Assembly (NCBI GenBank): GCA_051313645.2
Contig: JBNRSN020000028.1
Span: 9,982,001 to 10,046,000, forward strand
DNA length: 64,000 nucleotides
Source of the DNA: Centroscyllium fabricii
Lineage: Eukaryota
Reading direction: 5' to 3'
Part shown: piece by piece, positions 48,021-60,256 of the stretch
Position numbering within the stretch: the first letter of the stretch is position 1
Layout: each line of letters opens with the position of its first letter
The notes under the pieces: generated by a model
What the model was told of the DNA's origin: nothing
Databases searched by the model: none
Seen by the model: only the letters and a program-made list of their open reading frames with translations
Position numbers and translations under genes: made by a program

Positions 48021-48953
48021 GTAGGTATTCATTAATAACTATAGACTGTCTATTTACTTATATACATGTGTGTGTGTGTTCTCTGCACTGCCCACAATGT
48101 ACCAAATAATTTCTCTATATGTTAATTAACTCTGGACTATTGGAACATTTATGCCGCTTCTTCTTGGAGTGACCATATGAAAATGCAGTTATTTTGCGAT
48201 GCTTGTGGGAAGTGCAGCTAATTGTCTGCCATTGTGCCACTTATTAACCGAAAATGATTATTTGAATTGAGCATGATCACCTGGATCCATTTTCCTTTGG
48301 GAAAATGCCAAATAATGTTGTGTTTTAAACAGCAACAACAACTTGTATTATCATACAAAATTTCACACCGAGCCACATAATGGAATATAAGAATGGCTTG
48401 TTCCAGCACATAGGTTTTAAGGAGATTATTAAAGGAGAAGAGATACATGAAGAGGTGGATAGGTTTAGGGGGACCATGTCATCTCTTGGTGTCTAGGTAG
48501 CTGGAACAAGCGGCTGACGTTGGGAGAGAAAAGTGTCAGAAATCATAATCTGGTTCAATTGCAGTCAGCTCAACATTTGCGTTAGAACATTGTGAGATGT
48601 ATCCACACTCGAGAGAAATATGTAATCATAGATGATAATCCTGGAAATTACAGAGAGACTGGAGCAATTTCAGAGGTACCTGGCCCCTTTCGGAGAGTTC
48701 TGATGAACTGATATATAAATGGTAGCCCAACAGTTTTAGTAAACAATTAATAAGTTATTCTTGGGTCACAAAGAGTCCAAAAAAAGTCCTGCGTGTCTAA
48801 TAATTCCCAATGGTCATTTAAGATTGTTTGTACAGATAGTTTCACAATAATGCGATTGGGTGATCCCAAATATTCAAATATAACCGCCAGACAGAGCAGC
48901 AATGTACTAAGGTTAGTATGAGGGGAGTTTTTGTTAAAGGGGGCAATGCTGTG

Positions 48954-49016
48954 TCAACGTTGGAGGTTACAACAAGCTTATCTTTGGAAATGGGACAAAG
49001 TTAACTGTGGAGCCAA
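48954..49016 (+). CDS. TRAJ: J62, family A: NVGGYNKLIFGNGTKLTVEP
   Basis: 12-RSS, FGNG, GT donor. Confidence 0.92.
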
Positions 49017-49062
49017 GTAGGTATTCATTAATAACTATAGATTGTCTGTTTACTGTTTACAC

Positions 49063-49461
49063 CGGCACGGTGGCACAGTGGTTAGCATTGTTGCCTCACA
49101 GCACTGGAGACCCGGGTTCAAGTCCAGCCTCGGGTACTATCTGTGTGGAGTTTCCACATTCTCCCCGTGTCTGCCTGGGTTTCCTCCGGGTGCTCCGGTT
49201 TCCTCCCACAGTCCAAAGATGTGCGGGTTAGGTTGATTGGCCAGGGTAAATTGACCCTTAGTGTTAGGGGGATTGAATATGTGGGGTTACGGAGATAGGG
49301 TGGGATATGTGTTGGTGCAGGTTAGATAGGGATCGAGGGATATGGGGAGAGGGCAGGGACAGGGTACTGGGTTTGGATGATCAGCCATGATCTCATTGAA
49401 TGGCGGAGCAGGCTCGAAGGGCCGAATGGCCTACTACTGCTCCTATCTTCTATGTTTCTAT
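49063..49461 (+). mobile_element. HE1-like SINE, full length
   Basis: A/B boxes, core, tail. Confidence 0.88.
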
Positions 49462-50319
49462 ATGTGTGTGTTCTCTGAACTGCTGGCAATGTATCAAATC
49501 ATTTCTCTATCTGTTCAATAAATCCTGAATATTTGAACCTTTATGCCGGTTCTTATTGGAATCTGGATATGATCATTCAGATATTATCAGCGATGGTTTT
49601 GATCAGTGCAGTTAATTGTCTGCCATTGTGAACCTCATTAAGTTAAAATGATGATTTGCATTGAACACGAGTACCTGGATCCCTTTTCCTTTGGGGAAAC
49701 GCCAAACAATGTTGTGTATATTATGAACACAATTTCACAACGAGCCACATAAAGACATATTAGGACAGGACACCAAATGTTAGGTCCAGAACGTAGGTTT
49801 TGCGGATTGTCTTAACAGAGGAGAGAGACACACAGAGGTGGAAAGGTTTAGGGAGAAACTGACAGGCCTTGGTGCCGAGGAGCAGGACATTGCGACTGAC
49901 CTTGGGAGAGAAAAGTGTCAGAATCATAACTTGGCTCTATTGCTGCCAGCCCATCCTGTGTGTTGGAAAGTTGTGAGGTGGCTCCCCAATAGAGATGATA
50001 ATCTGGGGAAGTACTGAGGGAGTGTTCCACTTGCAGAGGTATTTGGAACTCTATTGGAGGTTTCTGATGAACTAATATATAAATGGCAGCCCAACATGTT
50101 TTAATGCAAAAGGAAATATGTCGTGCTTAGGCAAAGAACAGGCTACAAATAGTCATGTATGCACAATGATTATCAATGGTCATTTAAAATGGTTTCTACA
50201 GCTAGTTCCATAATAATGGCATTGGGCCATCCCAAGAATTCAATAATAACCACCAGACAGAGCAACAATATACAAATGTTGGGCTTTAGGGAGTTTATGT
50301 TAAAGGGCGCACTGCTGTG

Positions 50320-50382
50320 TGAACGTTGGAGGTAACGATAAGCTTACCTTTGGAAAAGGGACAAAGTTAACTGTGGTGCCAA
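50320..50382 (+). CDS. TRAJ: J63, family A: NVGGNDKLTFGKGTKLTVVP
   Basis: 12-RSS (agtttatgt), FGKG, GT donor. Confidence 0.9.
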
Positions 50383-51056
50383 GTAGGTATTCATTAATAA
50401 CTACAGACTGTCTATTTACTTATATACACGAGTGTGTTCTCTGCACTGCCCACAATGTACCAAATCATTTCTCGATATGTTAATTACCTCCTGAATATTG
50501 AAACATTAATCCCGTTTCTTATTGGCGTGACCATATGAAAATTCAGTTACCAGTGATGGTTATGGGAAGTGCAGTTAGTTGTCTGCCAGTGTGCCACCTA
50601 TTAACCTAAAATGATTATTTGAATTGAACATGATTACCTGCATCCATTTTCCTTTGGGAGAATGGTAAATAATGTTGTGCATTAAACAGCAACAACAACT
50701 TTTATTATTAAACACAATTTCACACCGAGCCACATAAAGAAATATTAGAATGGCTGATCGAAAGCTTGATCAGAGGTATTTGGAACTCTATTGGAGGGTT
50801 CTGATGAACTGTTGTTTAAATGGTAGCCCTACATTTTTAATGAAAAAAAGAAATAAGGTATTCTTAGGCTTTAGACAGGCTAAAAATAATCACGTGTGTC
50901 TAATAATTATCAATGGTGATTTTAAAAATGTTTTACAAACAGTTTTGCAATAATGGGATTGAGCGATACCAAGTATTCAAATATAACCGCCAGACAAAGC
51001 AGGAATGAACTAAAGTTGGTCTGAAGGGAGTTTTTGTTAAAGGGGAAAATGCTGTG

Positions 51057-51116
51057 TGAATGCTGGAGCTGACAAGCTTACCTTTGGAAAAGGGACAAAG
51101 TTAATTGTGGAGCCAA
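51057..51116 (+). CDS. TRAJ: J64, family A: NAGADKLTFGKGTKLIVEP
   Basis: 12-RSS, FGKG, GT donor. Confidence 0.92.
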
Positions 51117-51642
51117 GTAGGTATTAATTAATAACTGTAGACTGTCTATTTACTTAGATATATGTGTGTGTTCTCTGAACGACTGACAATGTGTCAAATC
51201 ATTTCTCTAAATGTTCAATCAATCCTGAATATTGGAACATTTAAGTCGCTTCCTTTTGGTGTGAGCGTATGGTAATTCACTTATTTTGGGATGGTTATGT
51301 GAAGTGCAGTTAACTTTCTGCCATTGTGAACATCATTAACTTAAAATGATGATCTAAATTTAGCATGATTACCTGGATCCATTTTCCTTTAGGAAAAGCC
51401 AGATAATGTTGTGTATCAACAACAACAACTTGCATTATCAACGAAAGTTTCACACCGAACAACATAAAGAAATATTAGAATGGCTGATCGAAAGCTTGAA
51501 TCAGCGCATGGGTCTTAAGGAGAGTAATAAAGCAGGAGAGAGAAACAAAGAGGCGGAGAGGTTTAGGGAGTCAATGACAGAGCTTTGTGCCTAGGTAGGT
51601 GGACCAACCGGCTGAAGTTTGGAGAGGCAATTGTCAGAAATT

Positions 51643-52047
51643 GGGCGGCACGGTGACACAGTGGTTAGCACTGTTACCTCACAGCACTGGAGACCCGGGT
51701 TCAAATCCAGCCTCGGGTACTATCTGTGTAGAGTTTGCACATTCTCCCCGTGTCTGCGTGGGTGTCCTCCGGGTGCTCCGGTTTCCTCCCACAGTCCAAA
51801 GATGTGCGGGTTAGGTTGATTGGCCATAATAAATTGACCCTTAGTGTTAGGGGGATTAAATATGTGGGGTTACGGGGATAGGGTGGGATATGTGTCGGTG
51901 CAGGCTCGATATCGAGGGATATGGGGAAAAGGCAGGGGCGGGGTACTGGGTTTGGATGATCAGCCATGATATCATTGAATGGCGGAGCAGGCTCGAAGGG
52001 CCGAATGGCCTACTCCTTCTCCTAGTTTCTATGTTTCTATGTTTCTA
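51643..52047 (+). mobile_element. HE1-like SINE, full length
   Basis: A/B boxes, core and tail; absent from the duplicate near 53860. Confidence 0.88.
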
Positions 52048-52261
52048 AATCTTAACTTGGCTCAGTTACTATCAGCTCAACATTTGCGTTGGAAGGTTGT
52101 GAGATGGACCCACATTCTGGAGAAATATATAATCCAAGATGATAGTCCACGGAAGTACAGAGACACCGGAGCACATTCAGAGGCACTTGGCAATATTTCC
52201 GAGAGTTCTGATGAACTGACATATAAATGGTAGCCCAACATTTTTAATGAGCAATTAATAA

Positions 52262-52370
52262 GCGGGGTACTGGGTTTGGATGATCAGCCATGATCTCATT
52301 GAATGGCGGAGCAGGCTCGAAGGGCCGAATGGCCGACTCCTGCTCCTAGTTTCTATGTTTCTTTGTTTCT
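52262..52370 (+). mobile_element. HE1/CR1-like 3' tail fragment
   Basis: Tail only; absent from the duplicate near 54075. Confidence 0.8.
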
Positions 52371-52561
52371 TGGGCCAAAACCAGGCTTCAAATGTCATGT
52401 GTGCCCAATAATTGTCAATGGCCATTTAAAATTATTTGTACAGGTAGTTTCAAAATAATGGGGTTGAGTGATCCTAAGTATTCAAATATAACCGCCAGAC
52501 AGAGCTGCAAGGTACTAAAGTGAGTCTGAGGGGAGTTTTTGTTATAGGGCTCAATGCTGTC

Positions 52562-52624
52562 TGAATGCTGCAGGTACCAATAAGCTTATCTTTGGAAAAG
52601 GGACAAAGGTAACTGTTGAGCCAA
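52562..52624 (+). pseudogene. TRAJ: J65, family A with defective RSS: NAAGTNKLIFGKGTKVTVEP
   Basis: Heptamer tgctgtC: the invariant terminal GTG (CAC on the other strand) is broken at 52561. Confidence 0.8.
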
Positions 52625-52965
52625 GTAGGTATTCATTAATAACTAAAGACTCTCCATTTACTTAGATATATGTGGGTGTTCTCTGAGCTGCTGACAATGT
52701 ATCAAATCATTTCTCTATATGTCCAAATAATTCTGAATATTGGAGCATTTATGTCGCTTCTTATTGGAGTATGGATATGATAATTCAATTATTTTGTGAT
52801 GATTATGGGAAGTGCGGTTAAGTGCCTGCCATTGTGAGCCCATTAACTTAAAATGATGATCTGAATTGAACATGATTATCTGCATCCATTTTCCTTTGGG
52901 TAAATGCCAAATAATGTTGTGTATTACACAACAACAACGAAGTTCTGATGAACTGATGTATAACT

Positions 52966-53037
52966 CTTTTGTGCAAAGGCCAAGCAGGATTCGAACCCGG
53001 CAGCTCCTTATTGCTAGGCAGCAGTGTTAACCACTGT
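52966..53037 (-). mobile_element. Head fragment of the second SINE subfamily (cf. 6338)
   Basis: Minus strand cagtggttaacactgctgcctagcaataaggagctgccgggttcgaatcctgc. Confidence 0.75.
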
Positions 53038-53275
53038 ATAAGTGGTTGCCCTACATTTTTAATGAACAATTAGTAAGTTGCTCTTGGGTATAAACAGGCA
53101 AAAAACAGTCATGTGTGCCTAATAATTCTCAATGGTCATTTAAAACGATTTGTACAGATGGTTTCGCGATAATGGGATTGAGTGATCCCAACTGTTCAAA
53201 TATAACCGCCTGACAGAGCAGCAATGTACTAAAGTGAGTCTGGGGGGAGTTTTTGTTAAAGGGAGCAATACTGTG

Positions 53276-53335
53276 TGAATGATGCAACTTACAAGGTTAT
53301 CTTTGGAAAAGGGACAAAGTTAACTGTGGAGCCAA
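53276..53335 (+). CDS. TRAJ: J66, family A: NDATYKVIFGKGTKLTVEP
   Basis: 12-RSS (tactgtg), FGKG, donor gtatgt. Confidence 0.9.
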
Positions 53336-54270
53336 GTATGTATTAATTAATAACTGTAGACTGTCTCTTTACTTAGATATATGTGTGTGTTCTCTGACCG
53401 ACTGACAATGTGTCAACTAATTTCTCTAAATGTTCAATCAATCCTGAATATTGGAACATTTAAGTCGCTTCCTTTTGGTGTGAGCGTATGGTAATTTACT
53501 TATTTTGGGATGGTTATGCGAAGTGCAGTTAACTTTCTGCCATTGTGAACATCATTAACTTAAAATGATGATCTAAATTGAGCATGATTACCTGGATCCA
53601 TTTTCCTTTAGGAAAAGCCAGATAATGTTGTGTATCAACAACAACAACTTACATTATCAACGAAAGTTTCACACCGAACAACATAAAGAAATATTAGAAT
53701 GGCTGATCGAAAGCTTGAATCAGCGCATGGGTCTTAAGGAGAGTAATAAAGCAGGAGAGAGAAACAAAGAGGCGGAGAGGTTGAGGGAGTCAATGACAGA
53801 GCTTTGTGCCTAGGTAGGTGGACCAACTGGCTGAAGTTTGGAGAGACAATTGTCAGAAATCTTAACTTGGCTCATTTGCTATCAGCTCAACATTTGCGTT
53901 GGAAGGTTGTGTGTTGGACCCACATTCTGGAGAAATATATAATCCAAGATGATAGTCCAGGGAATTACAGAGACACCGGAGCACATTCAGAGGAACTTGG
54001 CAATATTTCCGAGAGTTCTGATGAACTGACATATAAATGGTAGCCCAACATTTTTAATGAACAATTAATAAGCTATTCTTGGGCCAAAACCAGGCTTCAA
54101 ATGTCATGTGTGCCCAATAATTGTCAATGGCCATTTAAAATTATTTGTACACGTAGCTTCAAAATAATGGGATTGAGTGATCCTAAGTATTCAAATATAA
54201 CCGCCAGACAGAGCTGCAAGGTACTAAAGTGAGTCTGAGGGGAGTTTTTGTTATAGGGCTCAATGCTGTG

Positions 54271-54333
54271 TGAATGCTGCAGTTACCAATAAGCTTACCT
54301 TTGGAAAAGGGACAAAGGTAACTGTTGAGCCAA
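54271..54333 (+). CDS. TRAJ: J67, family A: NAAVTNKLTFGKGTKVTVEP
   Basis: 12-RSS, FGKG, GT donor. Confidence 0.92.
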
Positions 54334-54958
54334 GTAGGTATTCATTAATAACTATAGACTGTCTATGATCAGCCATGATCTCATGGCTGACTCCTGCTGC
54401 TGTCTTCCATGTTTCTATGTACTTACATATATGTGTGTGTTCTCTGAACTGCCTACAATGTACCAAATCATTTCTCTATATATCCAAATAATTCTGAATA
54501 TTGGAGCATTTATGTCGCTTCTTATTGGAGTATGGATATGATAATTCGATTATTTTGTGATGATTATGGGAAGTGCGGTTAAGTGTCTGCCATTGTGAGC
54601 CCATTAACTTAAAATGATGATCTGAATTGAACATGATTATCTGCATCCATTTTCCTTTGGGGAAATGCCAAATAATGTTGTGTATTACACAACAACAACG
54701 GGGTTCTGATGAACTGATATATAAATGGTTGCCCTACATTTTTAATGAACAATTAGTAAGTTGTTCTTGGGTATAAACAGGCTAAAAACAGTCATGTGTG
54801 CCCAATAATTCTCAATGGTCATTTAAAACGATTTGTACAGATAGTTTCGCGATAGTGGGATCGAGTGATCCCAACTGTTCAAATATAACCGCCTGACAGA
54901 GCAGCAATGTATTAAAGTGAGTCTGGGGGGAGTTTTTGTTAAAGGGAGCAATACTGTG

Positions 54959-55018
54959 TGAATGATGCAACTTACAAGGTTATCTTTGGAAAAGGGACAA
55001 AGTTAACTGTTGAGCCAA
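54959..55018 (+). CDS. TRAJ: J68, family A: NDATYKVIFGKGTKLTVEP (same peptide as J66)
   Basis: 12-RSS, FGKG, GT donor. Confidence 0.92.
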
Positions 55019-55381
55019 GTAGGTATTCATTAATAACTATAGACTGTCGTTTTACTTACATATATGTGTGTGTTCTCTGCATTGCCCACAATGTACCAAA
55101 TCATTTCTCTAAATGTCCAATTAATCCTGAATAGTGGAACGTTTATGGTCTTCTTATTGGAGTATGGATTTCATAATTCAGGTATTATGAGTGATGGATC
55201 TGATCAGTCCAGTTAATTTTATACCATTGTGCATCTTCTTAATCTAAAATTATGCTCCAAATTGAACACGATCAGCCCAATCGATTTTCCTTTGGGAAAA
55301 TGTTAAATCATGTTGTGTATTAAACAACAACGACAATTACTTGAATTATCAACCACAATTTCACCCCGAGCCACATAAAGA

Positions 55382-55594
55382 TATCTTAGCAATGCTCAGC
55401 AGATCAGGCAGCATCTGTAGAGAGAGAAAACACGTTAGCGTTTCAGGTCAAGGGCTCTTCGTCAGAACTGGCGAAATTATGACGAATGTCCATCCACCTG
55501 AAACGTCTCTACGGATGCTGCCTGACCTGCTGAGTATTTCTAGAATGTGCCGCTTTTATTTCATATTTCCAGCATCCGCAGTATTTGGCTTTTG
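55382..55594. mobile_element. Penelope-type imperfect inverted-repeat insertion with a decayed hammerhead core
   Basis: Arms ctcagcagatcaggcagcatc / gatgctgcctgacctgctgag; minus strand CTGACGA..GAAA at 55441-55465. Confidence 0.6.
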
Positions 55595-55900
55595 TAAAGA
55601 AATATTAGAATGGCGGGTCAAAAGCTTGCTCCTGCAGCAGCTAGATCTTAAGGAGGAGAGAGAAATAAAGAGATGAAGAGGTTTCGGGAGAGAAAGCCAG
55701 ACCTTGGTGCCGAGGTCGGTGGACCAACCGACTGAAACTGCGAGAGAAAAGCGTCAGAAATCATGCCTTTGCTTAATTTCTGACAGCCCATCCTGTATGT
55801 TAGAGAGTTGTGAGATGGATCCACACTCCAGAGATGACACAGCAAATCCAAGATGATAATCCGAGGAATTACTGAGGGAGGGTTCCACTTTCAGAGATGC

Positions 55901-56348
55901 TTCTTCAGCTATGAAGAGAGACTGGACAGGCTGGGGTTGTTTTCCTTGGAGCAGAGAAGGCTGAGGTGGGACCTGATTGAGGTGTACACAATTATGAGGG
56001 GCATAGATAGGGTGGATATAAAGGAACCTTTCCCCTTGGCAGAGGGGTCAATAACCAGGGTGCATAGTTTCAAGGTAAGGGGCAGGAGGTTTAGAGGGGA
56101 TTTGAGGAAGAACTGTTTCACCCAGAGGGTGGTTGGAATCTGGAACTCACTGCCTGAAAGGGTGGTAGAGGCAGGAACCCTCACAACATGCAAGAAGCAT
56201 TTAGATGAGCACTTGAAATGTCACAGCAGACAAGGCTATGGACCAAATGCTAGAAAATGAGATTAGAATAGACAGGACTTGATGGCCGGTGCGGACACGA
56301 TGGGCTGAAGGGCCTCTTTCTGTGCTGTATAACTCTATGACTCGATGA
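55901..56348 (+). mobile_element. CR1 LINE 3' fragment
   Basis: SYEERLDRLGLFSLEQRRLR.DLIEVY.IMRG..FTQRVVGIWNSLP plus tail. Confidence 0.92.
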
Positions 56349-56621
56349 AATCTATTGGCGAGCTCTGATAAGCTGATATTTAAATGGTAGCTCTACATTT
56401 TTAATGAAAAAGATAAAACAAGTCATGCTTAGGCTATTAACAGGTTAAATATAGTCATGTGTGCATAATAATTACCAATGGTCATTTGAAATGATTTGTA
56501 CCGATAGTTTCACAACAATGGGATTGGGTGATCCCAAGTTTTCAAATATAACCGCCAGACAGAGCAGCAATGTACTGAAGTTAGTCTGAAGGGTGTTTTT
56601 GTTAAAGGGCGCAATGCTGTG

Positions 56622-56684
56622 TGAATGCTGGAGGTTTCAATAAGCTTACCTTTGGAAAAGGGACAAAGTTAACTGTGGAGCCAA
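56622..56684 (+). CDS. TRAJ: J69, family A: NAGGFNKLTFGKGTKLTVEP
   Basis: 12-RSS, FGKG, GT donor. Confidence 0.92.
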
Positions 56685-56867
56685 GTAGGTATTCATTAAT
56701 AACTATAGAAGTCTATTCACTTACATATATGTGTGTGTGTTATCTGAACGGCTGACAATGTATCAAATCATTTCTCTATATGTTCAATTACTCCTGAATA
56801 GTGGACCATTAATGCCACATCTTATTGAAGTATGGATATGACAATTCAGATAATCTGGGTAATAATA

Positions 56868-57261
56868 GGGTGGCACGGTGGCACAGTGGTTAGCACTGTT
56901 GTCTCACAGCACTGGAGACCCGGGTTCAAATCCGGCCTCGGGTGACTATCTGTGTGGAGTTTGCACATTCTCCCCGTGTCTGCGTGGGTTTCCTACGGGT
57001 GCTCCGGTTTCCTCCCACAGTCCAAAGATGTGCGGGTTAGGTTGATTCGCCATGATAAATTGACCCTTAGTATTAGGGGATTAAATATGTGGGGTTACGG
57101 GGATCGAGTGGGATATGTGTTGATGCAGGTTCGATAGGAATCGAGGGATATGGGGGAGGGCAGGGGCGGGATACTGGGTTTGGATGATCAGCCATGATCT
57201 CATTGAATGGCAGAGCAGGCTCGAAGGGCCGAATGGCCTACTCCTGCTCCTATCTTCTATG
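56868..57261 (+). mobile_element. HE1-like SINE, full length (3' end reduplicated at 57418-57525)
   Basis: A/B boxes, core, tail. Confidence 0.88.
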
Positions 57262-57563
57262 AGTGATAGTTCTGATCAGTGCAGTTCATTGTCTGCCATT
57301 GTGCACATTCTTATTTTAAAATGATAATCTGAATTGAACATGATTACCTTTTGGATTCTGCCAAATAATGATGTGCATTAAACAACAGCAACCTGTATCA
57401 TCAAACAAAATTTCACAGGGAGGGCAGGGGCGGGATACTGGGTTTGGATGATCAGCCATGATCTCATTGAATGGCGGAGCAGGCTCGAAGGGCCGAATGG
57501 CCTACTCCTGCTCCTATCTTCTATGAGTGATAGTTCTGATCAGTGCAGTTCATTGTCTGCCAT

Positions 57564-57608
57564 GCCCCGGCCTGCTAGTCTAGAACGCCCGATCCCAAGT
57601 TGACCTCG

Positions 57609-57641
<33 letters not shown>

Positions 57642-57783
57642 GGATGGGAGACCATCGGGGAAGACCAGGTGCAATAGCAGGCAGTGACCACGGAGGAGGC
57701 GCTAACGCGCGGTCAAAAAGCAGACCGTTAACCGGTCTGTTAAAAACTCCATCCACCACTTCGAAAGAAGATACGACAAGAAG
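57564..57783 (+). mobile_element. 5S rRNA-derived SINE (SINE3-like) with 12-bp target-site duplication
   Basis: cgcccgatc..tcggaagctaagcag.gtcaggcctggtcagtacttggatgggagacc..ggaa.accaggtgc; TSD attgtctgccat at 57552-57563 and 57784-57795. Confidence 0.82.
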
Positions 57784-58520
57784 ATTGTCTGCCATTGTGC
57801 ACATTCTTATTTTAAAATGATAATCTGAATTGAACATGATTACCTTTTGGATTCTGCCAAATAATGATGTGCATTAAACAACAGCAACCTGTATCATCAA
57901 ACAAAATTTCACAGCAAGCCACCTACAGAAATATTGCAGTGGCTAATCGAAAGCTTGATTCACAACGTAGGTTTTAAGGAGCGTCTTAAAGGGTGAGAGT
58001 GAGTTAAAGGGATGAACAGGTTTGGGTGGGGGGGGGGGGTGGATTCCAGAGCTTGCTGCCTAGGTAGCTAGACCAACCGACCGAAATTTAGAGAGACTAA
58101 TGTCAGAAATAATAACTTGGCTCAAATGCTGACAGCCCATTCTGTGCATTAGAAAGTTGTAAGATGAATCCACGCTCTAGAGAAACATATAATCCAAGCT
58201 GATAATCCGGGGAAGTACAGAGAGACTGGAGCACTGTCAGAGTTACTTGACAATCTTTTAGTGTGTTAGGATGAATTGATATATAAATAGTTGCACTGCA
58301 TTTTAATGAACAATTAATAAGTTATTGGGTTATTAAAAGGCTGCTTAAAAATGTCAAGTGTGCCGAATAATTCTGAATGGTCATTTAACACGATTTTTAC
58401 AGACAGTTTCACAATAATGGGACTGAGCGATCCCAAGTATTCAAATATAACCGCCTGACAGAGCAGCAATGTACTAAAGTGAGTCTGGGGGGAGTTTTTG
58501 TTAAAGGGCGCAGTGCTGTG

Positions 58521-58580
58521 TGTATGCTGGATCCAACAAGCTTATCTTTGGAAAAGGGACAAAGTTAACTGTTGAGCCAA
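58521..58580 (+). CDS. TRAJ: J70, family A: YAGSNKLIFGKGTKLTVEP
   Basis: 12-RSS, FGKG, GT donor. Confidence 0.92.
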
Positions 58581-59205
58581 GTAGGTATTCATTAATAAAT
58601 ATAGACTGTCTATGATCAGCCATGATCTCATAGCTGACTCCTGCTGCTATCTTATATGTTTCTATGTACTTACATATATGTGTGTGTTCTCTGAACTGCC
58701 TACAATGTACCAAATAATTTCTCTATATGTTCAAATAATCCTGAATATTGGAACATTTATGTCGCTTCTCCTTGGAGTAAGCATGTGATAAATCAGTTAT
58801 ATTGTGATGGTTATGCAAAGTGGAGTTGCATGTCTGTCATTATGCATCACATTGACTTATAATGATGATCTGAATTGAACATGATTACTTGGATCCATTT
58901 TCCTTTGGGAAAATGCCAAATAATGTTGTGTATTAAACAACAACAACAACTGATTTCTGATTAAAGACATGAATGGTTGCCCTACATTTTAATGAACAAT
59001 TAATACGTTATTGTTTGGCTGTAAACAGGTTAAAATAGTCACGTGTGCCTAATAATTCTCAATTTGACTTTTACATGGTTTGTACAGAGAGTTTCACAAT
59101 AATGGGATTGGGTGATACCAAGGATTCAAATATAACCGCCAGACAGAGCAGCAATGTACTAAAGTTAGTCTGATGGGAGTTTTTGTTAAAGGGCGCAATG
59201 CTGTG

Positions 59206-59265
59206 TGAATGATGGAACTAGGAAGCTTACCTTTGGAACAGGGACAAAGTTAATTGTGCAGCCAA
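59206..59265 (+). CDS. TRAJ: J71, family A: NDGTRKLTFGTGTKLIVQP
   Basis: 12-RSS, FGTG, GT donor. Confidence 0.92.
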
Positions 59266-60193
59266 GTAGGTATTCATTAATAACTTCAGACCGTCTGCTT
59301 ACTTACATATATGCGTGTGTTCTCTGAACTGCTGACAATGTACCAAATCATGTTCAATTAATCCTGAATAGTGGAACATTTATGTCGGTTCTTACTGGAA
59401 TATGGATATGATAATTCAGGTATTTTGTCATGGTTATGGGAAGTGCAGTTAATTGTCTGCCATTGTGAACCTCATTAAGTTTAAATGATTATCTGAATTG
59501 AACATGATTACCTGGATCTATTTCCCTTTGGGAAAACGCCAATAAATGTTGTGTTTTAAGCAACAACAGCTCGTATTACCAAACAAAATTTCACACCGTG
59601 CCACATAAAGAAATATTAGGACAGGTGACCAAAAGCTTGGTGCCAGAAGGTAGGTTTAAATGAGCGTCTTAACAGAGGAGAGAGGCATAGTTGGAGAGGC
59701 TTAGGGAGAGAATGCTTGACCTTGGTACCTTTGTAGCTGAACCAACCGGCTGAAATTGGGAGATAACATTGTCAGAAATCATAACTTGGCTCAATTGCTG
59801 CCAGCCCATCCTGTGTGTTGGAAAGTTGTGAGGTGGATCCCCACACTCGAGATGAAACATATAATCCCAGATGTTAATCCAGGGAAGTGCTGAGGGTGGG
59901 CTCCACTTTCAGAGGTAACTGGAAACTTACTGGAGGTTTCTGATGAACTGTTATATAAACGGTAGCCCTACATTTTTAATGAACAATTAATAAGTTATTC
60001 CTGGGCTATTAACAGGCTTAAAAAAGTCGTGTGTGCCTAATAATTATCAATGGTAATTTAAAATGATTTGTACAGATGGTTTCACAATAATGGGGTTGAG
60101 TGATCCCAAGTATTCAAATGTAACCAACAGACAGAGCAGGAATGTGCTAAAGTTAGTCTGGAGGGAGTTTTTGTTAAAGGCCGCAATGCTGTG

Positions 60194-60256
60194 TGAATGA
60201 TGGAACTCTCAACAAGCTTATCTTTGGAAAAGGGACAAAGTTAACTGTTGAGCCAA
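60194..60256 (+). CDS. TRAJ: J72, family A: NDGTLNKLIFGKGTKLTVEP
   Basis: 12-RSS, FGKG, GT donor. Confidence 0.92.

Noticed and set aside
57564-57680. Functional 5S rRNA gene
   Set aside because: Diverged ends, no T-run terminator, extra tail and a TSD indicate a retroposed element
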